Program-made: the position numbers and the translations under genes
The notes under the pieces: model-generated
Databases searched by the model: none
Told to the model about the DNA's origin: nothing
The model's input: only the letters and a program-made list of their open reading frames with translations
Shown here: positions 18,956 through 29,800 of the stretch, piece by piece
Position numbering within the stretch: the first letter of the stretch is position 1
Layout: the number at the start of each line of letters is the position of its first letter
Virus record (IMG/VR): IMGVR_UViG_3300029288_006769
Coordinates: 314,367-378,366 of that record
Reading direction: 5' to 3' (one strand)
Length of the DNA stretch: 64,000 bases
Origin: a virus

Positions 18956-19561
18956 ATGAAACAAAAACATATTGTAATCAATAAAGAGGGACCAAAAATA
19001 TTACCAGATTCTATACAAGCGAAAATTCACCCAGAGATTTCAAATACGAATTGTTGGATATTGTCAAATAGTACAAGAAAACATCCGGGACATTATGCTG
19101 TAAAACAATGGGTTTTATGTTATGGTCAAATGCCTAAAAATTTAAATGTTTTACATAAATGCGATAATGTCAACGGGCCTTGTGTTAATCCAGAACACTT
19201 ATTTTTAGGAACGCCTTCTGAGAACTTAAAAGATTGTATAATAAAAAATAGATTTAGAAACGGGTGTACAAGTAGTACCGCTAAGAAAGCTTGGTTAACA
19301 AGATTAAAAAATGGGAATATAGATAATTTCATAAGTTCGTCAGAAAAAGCAAAAAAAGCAGTAGAAACAAAAAAGAAAAACGGAATAAAACTTGGTTTAA
19401 CTTCTGAACAAGCAAAGAAAAGTTGGGACACAAAAAGGAAAAAAGGCGAAGGTAATGGCGAAAAATTTGTTAGTGCTGCTAAAAAAGGATGGTTAACTAG
19501 AAGAAAAAATGGCAATGGTCATAAATTTGGAAATCAACACACAAAGGCAAATAAATGTTAA
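18956..19561 (+). CDS. HNH homing endonuclease with basic C-terminal repeats
   Basis: VLHKCDN...CVNPEHLFLGT..EN..D; repeated AKKxWxTRxK. Confidence 0.85.
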   Translation: MKQKHIVINKEGPKILPDSIQAKIHPEISNTNCWILSNSTRKHPGHYAVKQWVLCYGQMPKNLNVLHKCDNVNGPCVNPEHLFLGTPSENLKDCIIKNRFRNGCTSSTAKKAWLTRLKNGNIDNFISSSEKAKKAVETKKKNGIKLGLTSEQAKKSWDTKRKKGEGNGEKFVSAAKKGWLTRRKNGNGHKFGNQHTKANKC

Positions 19562-20763
19562 TCTATTGGGAAGGATATGGGGGAACAAAATATTTAGCTG
19601 AAAATTTGCGGCCTTTAATTGAACAATTAAATTGCAAACTTATAACAATGAGTGAATGGGAAGATTCAGATATTATTTGGGATTTATCGACATGGTTGCA
19701 AGAATTAAAAAAAGCAGATGTCGTAATTATTCCTTGCAACTACTTGGTTCAAAATGCTAAATCAAATAATAGACTTACGCAAATGATGAGTTTAGGAAAA
19801 CCCTGCATTGTTAATCCTTTACCTGCATATCTTAAAATAATCGAAGAAAATCCAGGTTGTGCTCTAATTGCTACAACAGAAGAAGATTGGAAAAAACATA
19901 TTGAATATTTAAAAGATAGCGAACATAGAAATCAATTATCACAAAAAGCTTTAATAGCAGCTCAAAAATACTCAATCAAGAATATAGCTCAAAAATGGAT
20001 TGACATATTTGAAAATAAAAAAGAAGACATTAAAAATGATGTAATAATCCCTACATATAATAATGTCGAATATTTGAGATTATGTCTAGATTCTCTTAAA
20101 AGAAATTCTGCTTTTAAAAACAGGATAATCATTTCAGATGCTGGTAGCAATGCAACGACCTGGGAATATTATAAGACTATTAATAATGTCGAGATTCTTG
20201 GTACCCAAGACGTACGACTAAATTTTTCACAGGCTTGTAATGCTGGGATACAAAATTCTTCATCTGATTATTTTGTACTCCTAAATTCTGACACTATAGT
20301 TTCTAAAAATTGGGATGTGAATCTTGTAAGTAAATTACAAGCAGATCCTCAATTAGCCATGTGCGGTGTTCTATCTAATTGTGATCGTTTTTGGTTGCAT
20401 GGTGTACCTGGCAAGCCAGTGTATCCAATGAGTATACCTGGTTTAGAACTTGTCCCTGGAATGAAAGCGAGTCAGTTAGAGGGCAAACTAGACAGCCTAT
20501 ATAGTTTTATGGACAATTCAAATAAATCACACCAAGGGACTCTCGTTGAACAAGAATGGGTAGCGTTTTATTGTACTATGTTTAATAGAAAAAAATTTAA
20601 TGAAATTGGTCTTTTGGATATTACTTTCAACAATGGATGCGAAGATTTAGATTTTTGTATTAGAACAAAAAAAATGAATTATAAAATAGCTCAAGCTATA
20701 GATTGTTTTGTTTTTCACTTTGGGGGCATTTCACGGGGGAGTTACGAAAAAGAGTTTTTATGA
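19555..20763 (+). CDS. GT-B C-terminal half + GT2 domain (piece 3)
   Basis: YWEGYGG...KSNNRL..MSLGKP; VIIPTYN, LLNSD, GCEDLDFC, FVFHFGG. Confidence 0.8.
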   Translation: MLIYWEGYGGTKYLAENLRPLIEQLNCKLITMSEWEDSDIIWDLSTWLQELKKADVVIIPCNYLVQNAKSNNRLTQMMSLGKPCIVNPLPAYLKIIEENPGCALIATTEEDWKKHIEYLKDSEHRNQLSQKALIAAQKYSIKNIAQKWIDIFENKKEDIKNDVIIPTYNNVEYLRLCLDSLKRNSAFKNRIIISDAGSNATTWEYYKTINNVEILGTQDVRLNFSQACNAGIQNSSSDYFVLLNSDTIVSKNWDVNLVSKLQADPQLAMCGVLSNCDRFWLHGVPGKPVYPMSIPGLELVPGMKASQLEGKLDSLYSFMDNSNKSHQGTLVEQEWVAFYCTMFNRKKFNEIGLLDITFNNGCEDLDFCIRTKKMNYKIAQAIDCFVFHFGGISRGSYEKEFL

Positions 20764-21341
20764 AACAAATCCAACTCTACTTATCCTTAAAAAAGCCATT
20801 GTTATCTGATAAATTCACAATCATAGATGATGATATTTATGAATTGTTTAAAAACACAAAATTAAAACTTAGTTCACTTGCTGATAATAGAAAGTTCTAT
20901 GTAGAAACACCTAATAAAAACTTCAAAGTATTCCATAGAGAAATATTAAATGCAAAAAAGAATGAAGTTGTTGATCATATTAATGGATTAACATTGGATA
21001 ATAGAAGAGAAAATTTAAGAATTTGCAATATACAACAAAATTCATGGAATAGAGGTATTGATATAGATAACAAATTAGGTTATAAAGGAGTTACTGCTGT
21101 AAAAAACAAATTTTATGCAAGAATAGGAAAAGGAGTTTTTTACAATCTTGGAACTTTCAAAACTGCAGAAGAAGCTGCTCGAGCCTATGATATTGCAGCC
21201 TTACGTCTATTTGGACAATATGCATTTACTAATTTTCCTAAAGAAGATTATTCAAATCTAAAAAAATTTGAGGCTATAATAAATGTAAAAAGAAGATTTG
21301 TTTGTAAAAACCAGTTGCCAAAGACACAATATGTCCAATAG
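20760..21341 (+). CDS. HNH-AP2 homing endonuclease
   Basis: HREIL...VVDHINGLTLDNRRENLR...N; AP2 YKGV...LGTFKTAEEAARAYD. Confidence 0.9.
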   Translation: MKQIQLYLSLKKPLLSDKFTIIDDDIYELFKNTKLKLSSLADNRKFYVETPNKNFKVFHREILNAKKNEVVDHINGLTLDNRRENLRICNIQQNSWNRGIDIDNKLGYKGVTAVKNKFYARIGKGVFYNLGTFKTAEEAARAYDIAALRLFGQYAFTNFPKEDYSNLKKFEAIINVKRRFVCKNQLPKTQYVQ

Positions 21342-22464
21342 ATATAAAGAAGAAGACACATCAAATCATAAATATTTAGAAGAAAAATGGAGTAAAAAAA
21401 CCATAGTATTTTTTTCTGGACCTAGTTGGGAAAAATGGGATCATAGAAATGTTGATCAAAATGGGATAGGAGGAAGTGAAACTTGGCAAGTAATGATTTC
21501 TAGAGAACTATCAAAACTTGGTTATAGAGTTATAAATTTTAATGATTGTCAGGAAGAAATAGATGATGGGCTCGTAAAATATTTCCCATATTCCCGATTA
21601 CATAATTTCATTGAATACAATTATGTTGATTATTTTATTAGTTCAAGAACGACAGAGCCTTTTAGACTTAAAATACGTTCAAATAAAAAAATTGTTATTT
21701 GCCACGACATCTGGTTATCAAGTCAAAATCAAGTTGCTTACCAAGAAAAAGTCGATAAATTCTTAGTTTTGTCTGAATGGCATAAAAATTTTGTGCATCA
21801 ACATCATGGTATATCTTTAGACAAATTAATCATGACTTCTAATGGTGTCGACTTGAAAAGATTTGAAAAACAGATTGAGCGTCATCCTTATAGACTTATG
21901 TATTCTTCTTCATTAGATAGAGGGCTTGATGTACTTCTCTATCTTTTTGATTTTATCAAGGTTAATGTGCCAGAACTTGAACTTCATATTTTTTATGGGT
22001 TAGATAATTGGATAAAAAGTGCTCAGCATCGCCCAGGTGAAAAAGAAAAAATTGAAGCTATACAAAAAGCAATGAATAAACCTGACGTATTTTATCATGG
22101 ACGCGTAGGACAAGATCAATTAGCTGAAGAGTGGTTAAAGTCTTCTTTATGGGCGTACCCAACTGATTTTGAGGAGACGAACTGCATCACTGCTATAGAA
22201 GCTCAAGCTGCTGGTCTACCTGTGCTCGCTACTAATTATGCTGGACTCAGAACTACAGTTGGAAATTCTGGTATTTTATTGGGTAATGGGAATAAAGGTG
22301 AAGCTAATACAAGAGAATTTAGAATTGAATTTGCTTCAAAATGTATTAGTCTTTTGAAAGATAGAGCGCTTTGGAAGGAATGGTCAGAAAAAAGTTTAGA
22401 AAATGCAAAAAAATATTCATGGGCCAATATAGCAAAACAATGGGTTGAGCAAATCTTATGTTGA
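21331..22464 (+). CDS. GT2 terminal helix + GT4-family glycosyltransferase (piece 4)
   Basis: GIGGSE, YSSSLDRGL, YPTDFEETNCITAIEAQAAG. Confidence 0.85.
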   Translation: MSNRYKEEDTSNHKYLEEKWSKKTIVFFSGPSWEKWDHRNVDQNGIGGSETWQVMISRELSKLGYRVINFNDCQEEIDDGLVKYFPYSRLHNFIEYNYVDYFISSRTTEPFRLKIRSNKKIVICHDIWLSSQNQVAYQEKVDKFLVLSEWHKNFVHQHHGISLDKLIMTSNGVDLKRFEKQIERHPYRLMYSSSLDRGLDVLLYLFDFIKVNVPELELHIFYGLDNWIKSAQHRPGEKEKIEAIQKAMNKPDVFYHGRVGQDQLAEEWLKSSLWAYPTDFEETNCITAIEAQAAGLPVLATNYAGLRTTVGNSGILLGNGNKGEANTREFRIEFASKCISLLKDRALWKEWSEKSLENAKKYSWANIAKQWVEQILC

Positions 22465-23042
22465 CAAGAAAAGACATTCCTGAATTTCTAAACCAAAAAG
22501 AACTTATAGGTTATGGTGCCGAAATTGGTGTCTTGCGTGGTGAATTTTCAAAACACATATTAGAAAAATGGAAGGGTAAAAAGCTTTATTTAATTGATTC
22601 TTGGCGATATTCAAAAGACATTGTTGATTTGAACAATTTTGAATTTAAAGAACAACTCGAAAATTATTCGAAAACTTTTTCTAATATTTATAGTTTTGGT
22701 GATAGAGCAACAATCATAAGAGAGTTCTCAAGAGAAGCCTCAAGATTGTTTCCTGATAATTATTTTGATTTTGTGTTTTTAGATGCAAGACATGATTTTG
22801 AGAATGTAACAATAGATTTAGAATCATGGTATCCTAAAGTGAAACCTGATGGTTATTTGATGGGCCATGATTATTTAGATAATATAACAAAGGTTGGTGG
22901 TGATATAGTTTTTAGTACAAAATTTGAAGTTAAATCCGCTGTAGATATTTTTGCTTTTGTAAGGAATTTAGAAGTTTATGTAATCGAAGACAAAAGCGAT
23001 CCGTTTTATCCATCTTGGTATATCAAGAAACTTACTGCTTGA
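22458..23042 (+). CDS. Class I SAM methyltransferase (Methyltransf_24-like)
   Basis: GAEIGV..GEFS, DFVFLDARH, KVKPDGYLMGHDY. Confidence 0.85.
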   Translation: MLTRKDIPEFLNQKELIGYGAEIGVLRGEFSKHILEKWKGKKLYLIDSWRYSKDIVDLNNFEFKEQLENYSKTFSNIYSFGDRATIIREFSREASRLFPDNYFDFVFLDARHDFENVTIDLESWYPKVKPDGYLMGHDYLDNITKVGGDIVFSTKFEVKSAVDIFAFVRNLEVYVIEDKSDPFYPSWYIKKLTA

Positions 23043-24666
23043 ATCTTTCAAGAACTTTTTCAATTACTTCTTCTTCTGTCGGTAAATAAAAATCCCAATT
23101 TTGTTTTATAAGTTCTGCTGTCGCTCCACCTTCAATCCATGTTGTAGGTCTTTGATCGCAATCATCAAGTGTAAGTTTCTTATATAGAGCATCAGCTTTA
23201 TGATAAGGCGTAATATAACCTTCGGATGTTTTTCTAAAAGGTAATACATGATCTGGATGTTTGCATGTTGGCATTATTATGATCCAATTGTCGAATGCCC
23301 CAGCTAAATGTATTGGAACAGAATCATTAGATAATAAAACAGGTGCTCTTGAGATAGCTGAAATTAGAACACCAACAGATGTTCTGTCTATGAGACTGAT
23401 AGAATTAGAAGGAAGTTCAAGTTGATATGCGCCTCGATTTTCATGATCATCTGTTCCAATTAAACATACAGGAATTTCTTTAGAGATACCATCTACAACT
23501 TTTTGCCACCATTCGATAGGAAATGTTTTGCTTTCCCAATGTCTTCCTGGATGAACAATTACAGCTTTTCTAAGATCAAAACCTTTAAGTATTTCATCTA
23601 ATTCATCATCATCTTCTTTTGTTGTTTGTATTTTGATAATTTTTTCTTGTAGGGGTAATACTCTTTGTAGAGAAGCAATAGAACAATAATCTACTGTATG
23701 ACAGAGTAAATTCGAAATAATAGAATAAACTACTGTTTTTGGATCTGGGAAAGTTTTTATTTGAAAAAAGGGTTGAAAAATCGAAGGGTTGAAATCATCA
23801 TGATGTATTATTTTATATTTCAAATGCTTGAAAAGCCTTGGCCAATGTGTTGTAATAATTATTTCTGTTGTATTATCTTTGTAGACTTTTTCAAGAAATC
23901 TTAATGTCGGTTCAGCATCTACTTGATCGCCCATTCCCCCAGAAACCACAATAACTATATTTCGTTTATAATTATATTCGGGTTTGTCGTTTTCCCATTT
24001 TTCAAGATCTCCCTTAATTATTGATAAAATCTCATTATTTACTGTAAAATAATGATAACCAGCATAATGTATAATAAATGAACTATGTCTTGTTTCTCCA
24101 CAAAAATCCAGACATGTCATTCGGTTAAGTTTGTATGGTAAATCATACATGAGTGAATTTTCTTCTTTTCTTTTACCTTCTTCAATTGCGAATTTTAAAT
24201 TGAGATACCCTTGTTCATAAAAGTTTGAAATTTCTTTTTCAGGTTTTTTAAAAAAGAATTTATGACACTTTGAAATAACTAAAACACCAGTATTATAATA
24301 TTTTCCATTCCAGTTTATTTTCTCAGGGTTAATATCATAACTCTTGCAAGCTTCAATTAATGAGTACTCTCTTGGTACAAATTTAGCTTCGTTGAAAGCA
24401 CCTATTTTGTTATAAGGCACTATATCAAAAAGATCAGGACAATCATCTCTTACGATTAAATCCGTATCAAGATAAATTATTCTATCATAAGAATTCAAAA
24501 GATCGAATATTTGGAATTTTTCCCAATGTGGAGTCGTTTTGCATGAATCAATAACTATAAAATCAGCATTGATTTTTTTCGCGTATGATTGTAGAGTTGG
24601 ATGCGTAAGTTTTGAGATATTTTTAATCTCATCCCCGATAGAAATAGCAATAAGAGCTTTTTTCAT
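23032..24666 (-). CDS. GT8-like + GT9-like fused glycosyltransferase
   Basis: YLDTD, YNTGV, EQGYLN, IIHYAG; GGMGD, VHPG..W.SK, SNDSVPIHLAGA. Confidence 0.8.
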   Translation of the reverse strand: MKKALIAISIGDEIKNISKLTHPTLQSYAKKINADFIVIDSCKTTPHWEKFQIFDLLNSYDRIIYLDTDLIVRDDCPDLFDIVPYNKIGAFNEAKFVPREYSLIEACKSYDINPEKINWNGKYYNTGVLVISKCHKFFFKKPEKEISNFYEQGYLNLKFAIEEGKRKEENSLMYDLPYKLNRMTCLDFCGETRHSSFIIHYAGYHYFTVNNEILSIIKGDLEKWENDKPEYNYKRNIVIVVSGGMGDQVDAEPTLRFLEKVYKDNTTEIIITTHWPRLFKHLKYKIIHHDDFNPSIFQPFFQIKTFPDPKTVVYSIISNLLCHTVDYCSIASLQRVLPLQEKIIKIQTTKEDDDELDEILKGFDLRKAVIVHPGRHWESKTFPIEWWQKVVDGISKEIPVCLIGTDDHENRGAYQLELPSNSISLIDRTSVGVLISAISRAPVLLSNDSVPIHLAGAFDNWIIIMPTCKHPDHVLPFRKTSEGYITPYHKADALYKKLTLDDCDQRPTTWIEGGATAELIKQNWDFYLPTEEEVIEKVLERFKQ

Positions 24667-24788
24667 AAATCTCCCTTTAATTTTATTAATATTAATCTTT
24701 TTATTTTATTTTTTCAATTAAAGCATTTTGAATTAATAAAATAATATTTGTAGTACTTGCTGTCACCCATTGTGTACAAAGAAACTCC

Positions 24789-25574
24789 TTATGTATAACT
24801 AGCTACTGAAAGTTTGCTTACATAACTGTTTACAACAAATTGAATATCATTATCTGTTGCTAAACCACCATTAGCTTGTATTGTTGGATTTAATGCAACA
24901 AAACATGTCATGGCAAGTGTATAAGTATCAGGGTTCAGCATAGCATTTGCAGCCCATTGAACTCTTTCTTTATTGTCGGCAAAAGTAACTTTAGCTGAAT
25001 TTGCTGTAGTGTAGGAATTTGTCAAATTAGCTGCCATTATAAGAGTATTCCCAGAAATTTCTGCAATAGTACCTGTTTCTGAAGTTAATGTATCTGAAAT
25101 GACAACTTGTTTACCCACCCAGAATGCAGTAGAACTAACTACAGCCACGTTTTTTTGCCCTGAACTTGCATCACTGGATAAATTAGAAGTAGTCAGAGCC
25201 TCATTCAAAATATCTTGTGATGTTTTGGCTACAGCTGCTTGTACACGTTTTCTCATTTCATTTGATATGTAAATCTTATTGATAGCCAATAAACTGCTAT
25301 CACCTGTTATATCTGTGTTGACTTCATTAACAAGTTCATTATCATAATAATAAGCAGCTTCTTCAGCTTCACCTTCATTATGAACAATAAAATTGACAAT
25401 CTTAGATTTCAATACGGGTTTTTTGCTTTTTTCAGAACTTCCTGTTTCATAAACAAGAATTTCATATGTCTTTATAGTTGCAGGTACACTAGCGTCCGAA
25501 GAAGTTGTTTCTCTTGCTGTTCCGACAACTGTATAAAATGCAGTTACCTCAGCTATTAACTCAGCTTTCGTCAT
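24789..25574 (-). CDS. Hypothetical, probably virion-associated protein
   Basis: Ser/Thr/Ala-rich, follows fibre genes; AGGAG RBS. Confidence 0.55.
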   Translation of the reverse strand: MTKAELIAEVTAFYTVVGTARETTSSDASVPATIKTYEILVYETGSSEKSKKPVLKSKIVNFIVHNEGEAEEAAYYYDNELVNEVNTDITGDSSLLAINKIYISNEMRKRVQAAVAKTSQDILNEALTTSNLSSDASSGQKNVAVVSSTAFWVGKQVVISDTLTSETGTIAEISGNTLIMAANLTNSYTTANSAKVTFADNKERVQWAANAMLNPDTYTLAMTCFVALNPTIQANGGLATDNDIQFVVNSYVSKLSVASYT

Positions 25575-25586
25575 AATAAATCTCCT

Positions 25587-26822
25587 TTAGGTATACATCG
25601 CAGAATTATTTGTCCATACTCCACTTTGTTTTTGATAAATATTGACAACTCTTCTCCAATTCCCAGAAATATTTACGAAATAAGCAGGCCATCTTCTCCA
25701 TGTTTCAGTTACACAAACAGGAATTCTTGATGCTCCTGATCCTATAAATAAGAAAGAATGTGCCCCAACAACTTGCACAGGAGAAGAATATGATGTTGCA
25801 TTATTTGTTCCTAATCTCCCTTGCGAATTTGAACCCCATGCCCAAATTGAACCATCAGCTTTCATAGCATGCGTAAAATTATTGCCTATAGCAAAATGTA
25901 TAAAACTATGTGCACCAACTACTTGTACAGGAGACGATCTATTTGTTCTTGTACCATCACCTAATTGTCCATAGACATTGTTGCCCCACATCCACAATGA
26001 ACCATTGGATTTCAAACCAGCACATGCACCCTCAGTTTGTTCATTAGTCATACCTGCAGCAACATGTATAAAAGAATGACCCCCTATTACTGTAACTGGT
26101 GATGATCTAGTTGTCACAGTTCCATCACCTAAATTTCCACTACCATTATATCCCCATGTCCATGCAGCACCAGTTTCTTTAAGTGCTATAGACAGACCAT
26201 TATCTGCTCCACCTGTAGCTATTTGAATAAAACTATGACTTCCTACAACTTGTACTGGAGAAAAAATCCAGTTTACTGCATTATTGCCTAATTGTCCTGA
26301 CTGACCATTTCCCCAGCACCATACTTGTCCATTATTTTTAAGAGCTGCAGTATGTGCAGCACTACAATGCACTCTAATAAAAGAATGATTTCCAACAACT
26401 TGTACTGGAGAACTGTAAGACACTTGATTGTTTGTACCTAATTGTCCATAACCATTATGACCACAACCCCACATTTGACCATTGTCTTTTAAACCCAAAA
26501 AATTGTAAGTTCCCTCAGCTATTGAAATAAAAGAATGATTTCCAACAACTTGTACTGGAGAAGAGTAAGACGCACTATTAGCGTTGTTACCTATTTGTCC
26601 ATAAATATTTGCGCCCCAACCCCATGCTTCTCCATTAGATTTCAATGCATGTGTGGCTTGATTAGAAGCTGTTAACATAATAAAAGAATGATTACCCACT
26701 ACTTGTACGGGTGACGATCTGGTAGTCAATGTATTGTCGCCAAGGCCACCTGCACCATTAAATCCCCATAACCAACAAGCCCCATTTAATTTTACTGCAT
26801 AGCCTTTATTATTATCAGACAT
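25587..26822 (-). CDS. RCC1-repeat beta-propeller protein 3
   Basis: Seven RCC1 repeats; tail VNISGNWRR...QSGVW. Confidence 0.9.
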   Translation of the reverse strand: MSDNNKGYAVKLNGACWLWGFNGAGGLGDNTLTTRSSPVQVVGNHSFIMLTASNQATHALKSNGEAWGWGANIYGQIGNNANSASYSSPVQVVGNHSFISIAEGTYNFLGLKDNGQMWGCGHNGYGQLGTNNQVSYSSPVQVVGNHSFIRVHCSAAHTAALKNNGQVWCWGNGQSGQLGNNAVNWIFSPVQVVGSHSFIQIATGGADNGLSIALKETGAAWTWGYNGSGNLGDGTVTTRSSPVTVIGGHSFIHVAAGMTNEQTEGACAGLKSNGSLWMWGNNVYGQLGDGTRTNRSSPVQVVGAHSFIHFAIGNNFTHAMKADGSIWAWGSNSQGRLGTNNATSYSSPVQVVGAHSFLFIGSGASRIPVCVTETWRRWPAYFVNISGNWRRVVNIYQKQSGVWTNNSAMYT

Positions 26823-26833
26823 ATTTCTATCTC

Positions 26834-29800
26834 TTATATGTATTGAATATAAATAGCATTATCTGGATAACCTGCCGGACTAGGAGGTGCACTTGTACCT
26901 GACGTAACATTGAGCCCTAAAATTCCAGTTACGCCTTGGATACCAGTTTGACCTTGTATCCCTTGTAATCCAGTGACTCCTTGCGCCCCTGCTATTCCAG
27001 TTTGTCCTTGTAGACCTGTCTGACCCTGAATACCTTGTACACCAGTAGCACCTTGATTACCTTGAAGACCTGTTTCGCCTTGTAATCCAGTTTCACCTTG
27101 CAGACCTTCTAACCCTGTCTCACCCTGCAACCCAGTGTCACCTTCGATACCTTCTAGACCAGTTTCGCCCTGAATTCCTTGTAATCCTGTAGTTCCTTGA
27201 GAACCAGTTTCACCCTCTAACCCTGTCGTACCTTGGACACCTGTCTCACCTTGAGACCCTTGTAACCCAGTTTCTCCTTGAACTCCAGTATTTCCTTGCA
27301 AACCTTGAAGACCAGTTTCGCCTTGAGCACCTTGCAATCCTGTAGTACCCTGAGTTCCAGTTTCCCCTTGAATTCCTTGCAACCCTGTCTCACCTTGCAA
27401 ACCAGTTTCGCCCTGAACACCTTCTAAACCTGTAGTTCCTTGAAATCCAGTTTCACCTTGAATCCCAGTTTCACCTTGTGCACCTTGTAACCCTGTTGTT
27501 CCTTGAAGACCTGTAACTCCCTGAAGTCCAGTAGAACCTTGCTGTCCATTTATACCAGTTTCGCCTTGTAAGCCCGTATTACCCTGAATACCAGCAAGAC
27601 CTGTTGTACCTTGTAGTCCGGTGTCACCTTGAACACCTGTTTGACCTTGTAATCCTGTATTACCTTGAACACCTTGTAACCCTGTAGCTCCAATTAAACC
27701 AGTGAGACCTTGCACACCAGTCAGACCTTGAACGCCTGTAACACCTTGAAGTCCTGTTTCACCTTGTGCTCCTACAGCTCCTGCTGAAGCGGGTGATGTT
27801 CTAGAACCAAAAATAGATTTTACGTTTTTTATTACAAAACTACCAGTTAAAGCACCAGTTCTTTGTAATGATATTTGAGCAATTATTACATATTCAGGGC
27901 TTGAAAAAGTACCAAAACTCAAATTTCTCGGGTCTTCTGTAAGACAAGAAGATGATGCACTATTTGTATAAGTTTGTTGACCTTGTACCCATAAAAATCT
28001 ATAACTCTGAGAACCAGAGTCCGCTGTAACTGGTACAGCAACTAACCAAACATTCATCCAATTATTAGAAGGTAATACAGTTTGTTGCCAAGTTCCACCC
28101 GTAAATTGATTATACGCTATTGTACCCCCTACTAAAGGTACTATGTTAGGATCAGTAAGCGTGAATACTGCTGTAGCGCCAGAACCTGAAAGATAAAAAA
28201 GAGTATAAGGCCCATTATCAGCAAGCGAATTCAAAGTTGTAAGAAGATCTTCATCTTCAATATAAGTTGCACCTACAGCTGGTCTGTTATCTGCATCAGT
28301 TGCACCGTCAATAACATAACCACTAATATCACCACCACTTCTACGATATGTGCCTATTGTATTATGAAATGTTCGATGAGATTCCCAAGGCATTAATCCA
28401 TGAACTTCTCTAAGACCAAATTTGACAGCTGTATAATAATTAACAAAAGCTATTTGCGCCATATCATAAGACCAGATAGAGCTAGACCAAATAAAACTTG
28501 AACCATTATAATACAAGAACCATGTGTTATCACTATCTGTATGTGAGTCTGAAGTCCATGTTGTTATGCCATCCCAAACTTTAGTACCTCTCCAATACAA
28601 TGTAATAGAACTACCAGTAAGCGTAATTGTTCTTGCTGTAGAATCATAAGTTACAGTTATATTTTCTGGACTTAGAAATCCAGTGGGTTCTTTAGTGTCA
28701 TTTAAAATAGTACTGTCAAAAACTCCAGTTTCACCTTGAATTCCAGTATTTCCTTGGACACCTGTTTCGCCTTGTAGACCATTAACACCAGTTTGTCCTT
28801 GTAATCCAGTATTTCCTTGACTCCCTTGTAACCCTGTATTGCCCTGTAATCCTGTTTCTCCTTGAGCGCCATTAGAGCCTGATAATCCAGTTGTACCTTG
28901 AAGACCAGTACTACCCTGTATACCTTGTGAACCCGTTTGCCCTTGTAAGCCAGTTGCGCCCTGAACACCTTGCAGTCCGGTTGCTCCTTGTATACCAGTC
29001 TGTCCCTGTAAACCTGTAGTACCCTCTAAACCAGTAACACCTTGCTGTCCCTCAAGTCCTGTATTTCCTTGATTGCCTTGAAGCCCCGTATCACCCTGCA
29101 AACCAGTCTCACCTTGTACCCCTTGAGGTCCTTCAAGACCATCTTCACCCTGCAAACCAGTAACACCCTGAAGTCCATTCAACCCTGTATTACCTTGTGC
29201 TCCTGTAAGCCCTGTGTTTCCTTGACTTCCAGTCAAACCTGTCTCGCCTTGGTTGCCATTGACACCTGCTAAACCAGTTTGACCCTGAAGACCTGTTTCG
29301 CCCTGTATACCATTAACACCAGTTTGTCCTTGAGCGCCTTGAAGTCCTGTATTGCCTTGAATACCAGTGCCACCCTGGTTGCCCTGTAAGCCAGTAATTC
29401 CTTGAAGTCCTGTGTCGCCCTGAAGACCTTGCAACCCAGTATTGCCCTGATCACCTTTTATACCTGTATCACCTTGTAGTCCTGTTTGACCTTGATAACC
29501 AGAAAGTCCAGTTGCGCCCTGAACTCCTGTATTTCCTTGAATTCCTGAAAGACCCGTCTGTCCTTCTAAACCCGTTGACCCTTGTAATCCAGTATGTCCT
29601 TGTAAACCTGTAGCACCCTCTAAACCAGTAATGCCTTGCTGCCCTTCAAGTCCTGTATTACCTTGTATACCAGTTTGACCTTGAACACCTTGTACTCCAG
29701 TATTTCCTTGATTGCCTTGAAGTCCCGTATTACCCTGTAAACCAGTCTCGCCTTGTGAACCTTGCAACCCTGTTTCGCCTTGTAATCCCTGAGTACCAGT

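Noticed and set aside
17291-21341. Group I introns or inteins explaining the glycosyltransferase interruptions
   Set aside because: Inserts are filled almost end to end by ORFs with no recognisable ribozyme core; no Cys/Ser...His-Asn intein ends; each fragment has its own coupled start. RT-PCR would still be the decisive test
10313-26822. Diversity-generating retroelement acting on RCC1 genes
   Set aside because: No reverse transcriptase, and no template/variable repeat pair with adenine-specific differences seen
10290-26834. Programmed -1 frameshift fusing each collagen to its RCC1 gene (gaps of 8, 20 and 11 nt, all 2 mod 3)
   Set aside because: No canonical slippery heptamer seen, and an in-frame TAA lies immediately before the RCC1-2 ATG
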